Part shown: positions 40,901 through 50,576 of the stretch, piece by piece
How positions within the stretch are numbered: the first letter of the stretch is position 1
Layout of the letters: each line of letters opens with the position of its first letter
From: Amphiscolops sp. MND2022
Taxonomy: Eukaryota
DNA: 64,000 nt
Direction of reading: 5' to 3'
Assembly: GCA_964187785.1 (NCBI GenBank)
Contig: OZ076409.1
Location: 40,860,001-40,924,000, forward strand
The notes under the pieces: generated by a model
What the model saw: the letters and a program-made list of their open reading frames with translations, nothing else
The model's database searches: none
Told to the model about the DNA's origin: nothing
Translations under genes and position numbers: made by a program

Positions 40901-42043
40901 GAATGTTTATTCAGCAAAACATGGAAAGCGGCAATTATGTTACACAGATGTATCTTTTCACAGAATCTTTACACCCGCCTCCTGTTTTTGCAAAAACGTT
41001 TCTTTGTAACTTTTGCTATGTTGTAAATTAAAACTGGTCACTAGTTCATTTGAAGTTTCATTCGCGTTGTGGTACTTGATTGAACGGAGCTGTCATTTGC
41101 AATGTGCTAAGCTTTGTTTTTTTTTTCCAGTGTCAATGCACAGTATCTTCTTAATTCATCGTTTTTTATTGGAAAAACTATTAAAAATCTTAATTCCATT
41201 CAAAAAATTCTCAGAAATATTGAACTCAAAACATGGCACTGGTTTTGACGATGAAAGTGATGAAATGCGTAAATGTTGTTCGCCAGTTAATGAATGAATT
41301 TTATCGTTTTAAATTACCAAGTGCATCGAAGAACAACCATTTCTGGAAACAAAAAAAACTAGATTAACTCCTTTCTTCAAAAAAGTCGGCACATGCAAAC
41401 CTGAAGAAAATTTCACCTTATCAGCCAGTTGACGGCTATGAGCACATTCTTTTGAGAAGATTCTTTGGAAACGAATAAGCAACCTCGTTGCAAGTACAGA
41501 ATTTTGAACTCCCACTAATTGGGCTTCCCGAAAAAATCATTTTTTGAGCCCACATTGAATTAACTAAATATTTCAAACTTACAGCTGATAAAAATCGAGG
41601 TAACACAAGCGTTAATGATTTGAACTGGGCATTCGACACCAGAAGTCTTGATGTCTCAAACTGAAGGGGGGACTTTTTTGGGGTTTTTCAACATCCATTC
41701 TGCTGCAAAACTCCAAAAAAAATTGAATGGGGGACCCTTTGGCAAAACAAATTCCAAAAAAAGTCTCAGAGTGCCGAAAAAACTGAAAGGGGGATCTTTG
41801 GTCTCGTCCGGTATTGTATGTTACGCGGGAAACCTTTTTGGTTCAGTTCCCTGGGCTAATGGGGGCAATTTAAAATTTTGTAGAACTTTTGGTAGAACTA
41901 TTTTGGTTACTTCAGGTGTATCGAAAAAAAATTAAAAAGCTCTGACGAAAAGCCATGACTATAGTCGACTCTTTTCTCTAGAAAAGCGCCGACTAAAAAG
42001 ATCTCAGACTGAATATGGTCATACGAAAAACTTCGTCGGGTAG

Positions 42044-44118
42044 TGTCACAGCCGCCACAGGGCCGTGAAATAATAAGATCAGAGAGAACGCCAGAGGAAA
42101 GAAATGGAGAAATTAACCAAGAAGAAGCTAATAAAGCATCACAAACCTGAAAGAAAACAATCAACAAACAAACACCCATTGATATTGAACAACCCTGTAA
42201 GTGCATAATATTAATATCATCAACCCTCTGCAGTACCTAAAATACATAAATATGTAAATAATTAAATAATAATAACTTGTTGTAAATGTGATTTGTTTGC
42301 AGTAGATTGACCAATACGCTGATTGAAGTTATTCCAACCAGCGCACTGACCAGCCTACCGTCCCAATATCTGCGTAACAAAACACACTAATTCTCACTGT
42401 CCTTTTAATTAACCAATCAGCGCTAAGCGCGAATGTGCAGTATTAACTCAGTTACTCTACTCGTCAAGCCACCAGTCAACAAAGGCTGGGACGCACGCCT
42501 GGCAGCTCGATCGAATTAATCAAAGTGCTAATATATTAAGTGACGTCACGCGTGAAGTGAATACAAATCCAAAGCTAAGAAGAAGCTTAAATTGTGCAGT
42601 ATTCAATAATGAAGATAGAAAACGTAATATTTATAGTATGAGAAGGTGTGTTTGAAGATTTGTCGATCCTGATAATTGGGACGACCGCCGGGACGACCGT
42701 TTTAAATTTATAATCTGGGACGACCGCCGGGACGACCAACTTAAGTTGAATGAAGCAGTAAAGTATCGAGTACCACCAGATAGTAAATCACCGCACTAAT
42801 ATATGTAAATGTACTATCCTAATACTGTATGGAACGTCACAAATTGTCCAAATCTAGTGAAATGGTGATTAATCATAATTTGAACCGGGACGACCACCTG
42901 GGCAACCATTTAAATAATTAATGATGTACCAAGTTCGAATGAGTTATTAATAACGTTATGATGGTTATTAATTGTTTAAAATACCATGTTTGTTAATGGA
43001 ATGAAGTTTATTCCCCCGCAACCGCCTAATCAAGTGATATTAACCCCCCTTTTTTCATCTGTTAACCTATGCATTCACCCCGGTCACCCGACTTTATATA
43101 TGTGTTGTGTCTACCGGCCAGGCGCACGTGTTGTGTCTAATTTGTCAAGATGCGTCAATCCTAACCATCGATACATCAAAAGTTGTAATTATCATCTCTA
43201 ACTCTGTTGATTCATTAATTTGTGCAGTTGCCTTATACTTAATTGTCCATTTTCTCTTAAAGAAAATTTCATTTCCTTTTCCCGCTTCAGTAGCTAGGTT
43301 CATGAATTTCAGTGCCAACTTCACCTTCGGCGTCTTGAAAAGGCGGGGAATGAAGAAGAAAGGGACGCGGAATTGGAAAGCGGCAGGAAGTGAATTCCCA
43401 CTTTTCTTTAAAGTGGGTTGAAACTGAATGCCGAGTCCCGAGGAAGAGTACCTTATTTGGATTTCCCCGCTTCGGAAAGGACGCCGAGGTGAACAAGGTG
43501 TGAATTCACGCGCGGGGTTTTCTCCGCGTGTCTAGCGTAAAGTATAAATACCTGAAGCGGGATTAGGAAAAGTTAGTTGACAATTTGGTTTTTTCAAGTG
43601 CGTTTGATTAATCGTTCTCCGGGAATTTTGCTTTTGTAATAATCGTGTTAATTACTTTTGCTTAGTATAATTCCTTTGTTTCGAAAAACTTTGACAAATT
43701 ACTGAACTGAAGTCTCCATTACGTTTGTAACGACTCAAGTTTAATTGAAATATTGTCTCTCCACTATTTTGCAAGATGCCTGAGAAGTCTCAAAAACGAA
43801 AGTTGAGGAGTGACCAGTCGACTAGCCAGTTCGACATAGAGACCGCAAGCTCAATTAACGACGAAAACGTCGTACTATCGGAAAGGGATTTTGAAGACAT
43901 ATCTAATAAAATTGAGAATAAAATTTCCAAGCGTCTTAGAGACACTGAACTCAATCAACGTGAGATATTAAAACTGATCGAGAGCCTGTCGTCCAAAGTT
44001 GACAACCCATCAAGCGTCAATTCTGAACAAGGTTACTTGACGACCAGGACCGAGAATAGTGGAAACCCCACTGAAGAACTAGAAGAAGTTGGTTTATCTA
44101 GGAACGAGAGTTCCAACA
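42044..44118 (+). repeat. 5' LTR (2075 bp)
   Basis: TGTCACAGCC...TTCCAACA. About 16 substitutions versus the 3' LTR seen by eye, apart from one insertion/deletion. Confidence 0.97.
43542..43550 (+). promoter_or_regulatory. LTR TATA box
   Basis: GTATAAATA, ~30 bp upstream of an AGTTAGTT initiator-like site and ~230 bp upstream of the gag ATG. An equivalent GTATAAATA is in the related solo LTR at ~55526. Confidence 0.6.
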
Positions 44119-45194
44119 TGGTGACAGGAGTAATTAGCGAACCGACCTCCAGCAACACCACCCACCCCCGATCTTCGAGCCTGCCGCCTCCAAACCAGAG
44201 GCACTCCGACGAAATCATCGACAAGCTGTTAGAATCCCTGTACGCAACACAAAAACAGACAGCACAATTACCCCGTCTACCAAAAGCGCTTGCCACGACA
44301 ATGCCAACATTCGACGGTAAAAACGAGAAGTTTGAACTCTTCGAAGATTTGTTTCAAACAAGCTTGAAGGTCCATCCCCAAATAACGGAGCAAGAGAAAA
44401 TACATTATTTCCACTCCCTACTGCGAGGAGACGCCTTGCAAACCTTTCGGAACATGACCGAAACAACCAAAACCAACCTGAACGACATCATCGCCGGATT
44501 CAGACGACGATATGTAAACCCCCAGTCAATAGCCACTGCTAGGTGTAAGTGGGAAAACCTCACATTCGACCCGGCGAACCAAACATTCCAAGATTTCTTG
44601 GAGAACTACCAGAAACTTGCCCAAGAGGCATACGCCGACGATGCACCCCGCTTTATAGAAACCTCCTTCTACGCAAAAATGCCGATACATCTCAAAAGAG
44701 TGTTAAATCAAGCACGCCTTGAAACAGCATCATATGAAACGATGGTCCAGCACCTAGAGCGGGAGATGGAGCTCAACGGATTGGCAAATCCAGAATCCAC
44801 TACATTTACCGGCATACACAATGTCGAACCCGCCAACACATCCAACCAGGAGAGACACCCGAAAACTGCAAGCACGTGCTTTGGCTGCGGACATCAGGGC
44901 CACCTCCTCCGCAACTGCAGGAAGACAATCCGAGACAAACGGAACCAAAAACCCCCCAGCAATAACATCACCGACCCCTGCGAAACATGTGGCAAATTAA
45001 GCCACGAGACTAAAGACTGCTATTCTGGGGCGAACTGGGCAAACCGCCCTACATGGTGGAAAACGCCTAAACCAACAGGCGCCAACAGTATACCCCTACC
45101 ACAACAAACTGCACCCGAAACTATACAACAACCTCCAGCAAATCAGCAGCCACAAACCGTGGCACAACCACAATACCAGCCAAAAAACTACTAA
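43776..45194 (+). CDS. gag: Gag polyprotein (472 aa); first 114 codons lie inside the LTR
   Basis: Capsid-like region MPTFDGKNEKFELFEDLF...KIHYFHSLLRGDALQTF; two CCHC knuckles CFGCGHQGHLLRNC and CETCGKLSHETKDC. Confidence 0.95.
   Translation: MPEKSQKRKLRSDQSTSQFDIETASSINDENVVLSERDFEDISNKIENKISKRLRDTELNQREILKLIESLSSKVDNPSSVNSEQGYLTTRTENSGNPTEELEEVGLSRNESSNMVTGVISEPTSSNTTHPRSSSLPPPNQRHSDEIIDKLLESLYATQKQTAQLPRLPKALATTMPTFDGKNEKFELFEDLFQTSLKVHPQITEQEKIHYFHSLLRGDALQTFRNMTETTKTNLNDIIAGFRRRYVNPQSIATARCKWENLTFDPANQTFQDFLENYQKLAQEAYADDAPRFIETSFYAKMPIHLKRVLNQARLETASYETMVQHLEREMELNGLANPESTTFTGIHNVEPANTSNQERHPKTASTCFGCGHQGHLLRNCRKTIRDKRNQKPPSNNITDPCETCGKLSHETKDCYSGANWANRPTWWKTPKPTGANSIPLPQQTAPETIQQPPANQQPQTVAQPQYQPKNY
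44119..44131 (+). promoter_or_regulatory. Primer-binding site TGGTGACAGGAGT (tRNA-Leu-like 3' end; identity tentative)
   Basis: Directly follows the LTR terminal CA and begins with TGG, complementary to tRNA CCA. Confidence 0.85.
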
Positions 45195-45262
45195 AGCCAC
45201 GTCTTCGCTTCGGGGATTACACCGACTTCAGATACTACACCATCTCTGAACCCCCGAAGGAC
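45182..45262 (+). promoter_or_regulatory. -1 programmed ribosomal frameshift signal (A AAA AAC plus downstream stem-loop)
   Basis: XXXYYYZ heptamer at 45182-45188, in gag frame just before the gag stop. The -1 frame is open into pol. CTTCGGGG...CCCCGAAG and TTCAGA...TCTGAA stems follow. Confidence 0.85.
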
Positions 45263-47020
45263 TTCGACAAGGAATTGTTTATGGAATGCTCAGGTGAACC
45301 ATCGATCGACTGGCAGCGACGATGGCTCATAAGACGCATCATCAAGTTCAACAAAAACACCCTGGACAAACTCCCCTACCCAGACTGGTACACCCAAAAC
45401 CCCACCCAATACAACACAACACGCAGACCATTACTTCCCAGCTCCACACCGGAAACTTACATCTACGACCCCGACTTCGAATGCGACCCCTACTACAACG
45501 ACACTCTATATGACTCAACAAACCTTGTCTTCAGACAGTCAATCAACGTACCATTTCATGAATTCATAGCCAAAACCAACATGGACATCTCGACAACTCC
45601 AAAAAGGAAAGACGACCTCAGTCATACTCCCGAACCACAGGCTGAAGAAGAACACGACACAGAAATCACCGTGATCGTAACACCTCCAACGACTTCCCTC
45701 AAGTCAATCCTCAAACCCAACAATCAATCACCACTGGTTGACTTCCAGTCACCCACGAAACTCCCAGCCACCTCCAATGAAATCCGGGCAGCTATGACGT
45801 CGTCCCCCTCCAGTCCAGAGAGTCCTGAACATAAATACTCCACCCCTAAAACCCTGGTTGACGACACAAAAGCCGGGGACCAAACAACTGCAAGTCAACC
45901 CACAACAAAACCGAGAACTCGCCGCGTCAAACGAACTCTGACCTGCGAATTCAACCAGCAAACAGAAGCTAAAACAGCGACAAACAGCCCACTTATCACT
46001 ACCCAAACCTCAAGAGAAGAGCCAACCAATCTAGAACAAGATGAAGAATGGATTCAAACCAACAAACAATTGAATGAAATTGCAATTACAGACCCAGAAA
46101 CAAGCGAAAAATGCATACCAATTTTTTCGGCCATCAATCTGAAAAAGAAAAGGAAAATGCTCTTCGCCCCGATGGATTTCAACAACATTTCAGTCGATGC
46201 GCTTGTTGACTCCGGAGCACTCGTCAACTGCTTACCAGAAAGCGAATTTCAGAAAATCAAAGCAGTAAGCCCAGACAACATCCTCAAGGAAATGGATCCA
46301 CCAACATTTAAATTGCAGGTCGCAAACGGCGAGATAGAAACCCCCACGAAAACAGTTCAACTACAATTTGAACTAGGCGACTGGACGTTCAAAGAGACGT
46401 TCATCGTAGCCACAAAGATGACAGGACCCATCCTCGGACTAACGTTTCTCAAAAACAACAGCGCAATCCTCGACGTCAGTCAGGCCCTCTTACATTTCCC
46501 CCACCTGACATACGCAATTTCTGCAGACGATAACGAGACAATCTCAAGACACCATAAAGTCACTACCAAAACCCAACTCACCATCATGCCCGACCAGTGT
46601 GTAACAATCGAAGCCGGCATCAACCTACGTACCCTGACAAACACCACAGGAATCATCAACCCTACTGAACCATACTCCGGAGAACACCAACTGGTAGTAG
46701 CCAGCTCTCTATCAACGGTTACAAACTCCAAAATCGAAATCAGGGTTACCAACACATCTCCAAACCCATTCACCCTCAAAAAGAACACAAATCTCGCAGA
46801 ATTCACCATTCTATCCCCCCAGGAAGCCAAGCAACTCCACCCACTCAACTCTGCAGCCCTAAAGGTATTAGCAGAAGACGATTCCGAACAGGCGCTAGAA
46901 TATGTAAACGAACTCCTCAAATCGTCTGAAAAGCCCCAGACGGTTCAAAATTTCTGGTTCCCTACACCGGACAACCCGGGGAACGACCCCAACGGAAACC
47001 AAAGCAATCACCTTCGCTAG
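45188..47020 (+). CDS. pol: Truncated Pol: long N-terminal linker, aspartic protease, dUTPase-like segment; ends at a deletion junction (~46980) before RT
   Basis: ALVDSGALVNC (DSG at 46208-46216) and PILGLTFLK protease motifs; beta-rich segment TQLTIMPDQCVTI...IEIRVTNTSPNPFTLKKNTNLAEF; no YxDD, RNase H or integrase motifs follow. Confidence 0.9.
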   Translation, partial: LLKPRLRFGDYTDFRYYTISEPPKDFDKELFMECSGEPSIDWQRRWLIRRIIKFNKNTLDKLPYPDWYTQNPTQYNTTRRPLLPSSTPETYIYDPDFECDPYYNDTLYDSTNLVFRQSINVPFHEFIAKTNMDISTTPKRKDDLSHTPEPQAEEEHDTEITVIVTPPTTSLKSILKPNNQSPLVDFQSPTKLPATSNEIRAAMTSSPSSPESPEHKYSTPKTLVDDTKAGDQTTASQPTTKPRTRRVKRTLTCEFNQQTEAKTATNSPLITTQTSREEPTNLEQDEEWIQTNKQLNEIAITDPETSEKCIPIFSAINLKKKRKMLFAPMDFNNISVDALVDSGALVNCLPESEFQKIKAVSPDNILKEMDPPTFKLQVANGEIETPTKTVQLQFELGDWTFKETFIVATKMTGPILGLTFLKNNSAILDVSQALLHFPHLTYAISADDNETISRHHKVTTKTQLTIMPDQCVTIEAGINLRTLTNTTGIINPTEPYSGEHQLVVASSLSTVTNSKIEIRVTNTSPNPFTLKKNTNLAEFTILSPQEAKQLHPLNSAALKVLAEDDSEQALEYVNELLKSSEKPQTVQNFWFPTPDNPGNDPNGNQSNHLR

Positions 47021-50000
47021 GTGCACACGACACCCCAACAACCCACTCTCATGGAGGAAGGAAAAGCTGTTCTTAATGGTCGAAACCACTCGGCGATTCT
47101 TCCGTCGTAAATCCACCAAGAGCGATTTAAACTCGTTACTGGCACCCTCGGCTTCAACGGAGGACAGACGACCACAAGCCTGAAGGCAGGAGACCAATTC
47201 TCGGAAGAGAGACACTGTGTAAGCCTCGTCACCCTGAAGGAGCATATCAGGAGAAAGACAACTGAGACTTGAAGCCAACAAGGAAGTGGAATACGAGGAT
47301 ACGTTCAGCACTTTAAGGAACTCCATCAGGAACCCATGACATTCACGGAGGAAATTCCGCTTCACGGCATCGCTACATCCTTGCAACGCTTTGAGAACGA
47401 TTGGCTCACTCCTCAAACAGTCGACATACGCCACATTCGACCAGGTGCATAACGGACGACCAATATACAGGCTCCACTCCTCGATTCTCGGCAACTCTGA
47501 CAATTTCTTCACTTTACCCAAGAGACTCCAATAAAAAAAGCAGAACTCAGCGTAATTACGACAACTGTAATCGGTCACACTCTCGTCACCTTGTTTTTCA
47601 AAATTAGACTGGAAACAAGACACCAGCACATGCAACAAACTCAAAAGAGGCAACACGTATGAGTCCGAAACGATCAACTGACCTAAATCAACCGGGGTTT
47701 TTCCCCGAGGTGGAGCTGTAGCACCGCTTTCCTTGAGAACAAGCTTCACGTCTTCCCAATGGTCGACCAACTCTTCCAAAACGGCACCCAAGACACTGAA
47801 GGGAATCTCTCGCTTGCGAACACACTGACGCAACTCCACTAAACCCAGCATCCAGGGCTGATAAACAGCTTTGTTGAACTGTAAAACCAGGAAATCCAAG
47901 ACTGCAAAAGGATCCAAGGAATGGGCACCAACCATGCCCGCTTCACGCACATGACTCTTGAAGACACTCGGAGAATACTCTAACAAGGACAGAGGTACAG
48001 ACCGATCACGAGCACGACACCACTCACTGAACACATTGAACAAGGTGGGCGAACGTCCGAGTAATACAACTGGAGAATGAGTCTCAGGGAGGATTGCTAG
48101 AACACGCGACAAACACAGAATTTCGGCATCACAGATTCCTGACGAATAGGGTTCCCACAACAGTCACCTCACGAACGTGACTACCGACACAACACCGGAC
48201 AATGCAGCAGACTCCTTCATCCTCCTCGCGAAACAAGACGCTGAAATGTGAGTCCTTACACCAGGAGTACACTCGACGAAGCACACGAGGATACAAGGTC
48301 TGACAGACTATCACGAGCGACTCTGTTTTGCTCCATGTAGCCTGAGCATACGACGACTCGACCGGGATAGTGACCCGAAATTGATTCCACAGCCGCCTCA
48401 AAAAGCTGTGTGACCCGCCACTCCGAAGGAGCTCGAATAGACCACCCACAAGCGTCGCAGAAGGAACGTTAGAGACGACACCAACTAGAGCATCCACTTC
48501 GTCTTCCCTGAAAGGATTCTTCTTACCCAGGACAACGGGGGGCGTCTGCTCAATTTCCGCACGCAACTCACTGGAAACATCGGCGACCTTCACGGGGTCA
48601 AACTGAGAGGTGTAAATCACATCTTCATGATCTAATCTGTATCGTCGATCCTTCAGATAGTGACTCTTGCGACTGAAGTGTCGCCAGATTTCAGGCTCAC
48701 CCCGACTCAGGAAAGAAATGTCCTTTTGACAAATTGCACAATTAAACCCGTTCGGGTTCTTATCTGACCTCTGGCTGACGAATAACTGGGGAATAGCATG
48801 CCCAGCCATTTCTCTACGCAGAACATGTCGCTCAGTCTGCCTCTGCTTCCTCCGCTCATACTTCGCATAGAGTCTCCGTTTCGTCTTCTCTTCATCGTCC
48901 AACTGACTGGAATCCCGATGCATCTGTATGCCTTTTGACTTCAAGAGTCGCACGATTCGATCCAACTCTAAATAATAAAACCAAGATGAAACCCACTAAT
49001 AACGAATTACAACACGCACATACGAACCAACGATCAACAGAACACTACGACAGAACATGACTAACAAAATTGACAACAACAAAACAAGAACTTACGACGT
49101 GACAGTGACCTCTCATCACCACGAGATTGCGACCGCTCCAGACGCACAGCAGCCCGACCATATGCCAGCACCTGACTGGATGAGAGACAAATCGCCCCAG
49201 AAGGCACATCGGATAATCCAGCTAAAATACAAAGAAGCAATGAAACCCAATGCACCACGCCTTCACAAAGACAAACCTACTTGTCGACCTACGAAGATGA
49301 CAACAAAGCATAATACCTTTGCCCCATTCATTGTGCAATACAGACTGCTCCAGACCCTCGGCGGGACGACCATGTTGAGTCCGACTGTGCCTCGTCTTCG
49401 AACCACTAGCCCCATCGTCTGCGAAAACATCAGGCGTCACACCGGGCGATCCACTGGATATAAGACCCAAAAGGTCGAAGACGTTTTCTCCTTGAGGGAT
49501 GGGTGTCTGAACTGCAACAAAAATGAAACCGATAACGCGAGCTTAGATATTCACCCAAGACCAACAAAAGAATTCCTACCTTCACCCTCCGAGTCTGGGA
49601 ATCGAACCACAGCAATCCCAGGGCTGTCATCTGAGCTCGACACATTGGGACGCACCTTCTTGGAAGCACCCTCCCCAGCATTCGACATCAGCCGCTTACT
49701 GCGCCGAGACCCAACAGAGAGAGAAGTTGTCCCAGGAGCAAAATCCACGTCATTAGAATCGTCGGAGGCTCCTGAAATCAAAGAAAGGTAGATGAAATGA
49801 CGCGTCTGTGTACTAGCATTAAATTGTTAACTGGCCATTAACAAATAGCTAAGAAACCCACCGTGTTGGTCATGAAGATAATCTAAGTCATGCCGCGCAT
49901 CACTCCCAGAAGAATGGATGGAAGCATCATCATCATCACTAGCATCGACAGCACCAACTTGTGCGGCATCAGCGGCATCGTCAGAGTCGTCATCATCACT

Positions 50001-50297
50001 GTCACCAGTATCGATCTCACCGAAACCAGCAGCCCTTCGTGGAGCCGCCCCACTTACTTCACCCAACTGTCCATCGACCGGTGCCGCAGTATCCACAGAC
50101 ACACCGCCTTGACACACCCCATCTGAGCCCTCCACTATTTGTAACTGACCCTCGGACGCTTCACCTCCTTCCTCACTCTCACCGTCACTGTCCACACCAA
50201 CTCCTCTTCCACGCAAAGATTCACGCTCACTCTCAATCACTCCAATATCCCGAGACAGGGCAAAACGAGTAGCATCCTCGTCTGTCGAATCCGCCAT
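46980..50297 (-). CDS. Spliced antisense gene: acidic N-terminus + BED-like C2H2 zinc finger + degenerate hAT-transposase-like domain (~980 aa; one frameshift at ~48162; 3'-truncated)
   Basis: Exons 50297-49862, 49771-49580, 49511-49317, 49221-49096 and 48967-~46980. Introns 49861-49772, 49579-49512, 49316-49222 and 49095-48968 are all GT-AG and phase 1, joining five separate track ORFs in frame. Finger CAICQKDISFLSRGEPEIWRHFSRKSH. hAT-like blocks recognised by eye. Confidence 0.8.
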
Positions 50298-50576
50298 AAC
50301 TTGACAAAACAATCTGAAATAATACCATTCAATAGAATAACATCGAAGACGTGGCGTAAAACCAACGCTAATATTATTATTACAAACTAATAGTATGACG
50401 TAATGGAAGTCATTCAGTCTGCCAGCTGAAAACTTTCCCATTCATGCAAGCGGCGTGAACAGAAGAAAAGAACGGAATTATCATTCAATTACTCGACCAT
50501 TCCGCAGAACAGCCGCTCAGCATTACTTACAAGTATTACTATTTATTGCATACAATTTATTTACTCATCGGATCAA

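Noticed and set aside
46480..46920. 146-aa minus-strand ORF and the last ~28 codons of the 46895-48160 ORF
   Set aside because: Shadow frames of pol; the antisense ORF only reads into pol because of the deletion junction.
49057..49791. 244-aa plus-strand ORF as a real gene
   Set aside because: It is the reverse complement of exons 2-4 and introns of the antisense gene, has no recognisable motif, and the splice logic supports the minus strand.
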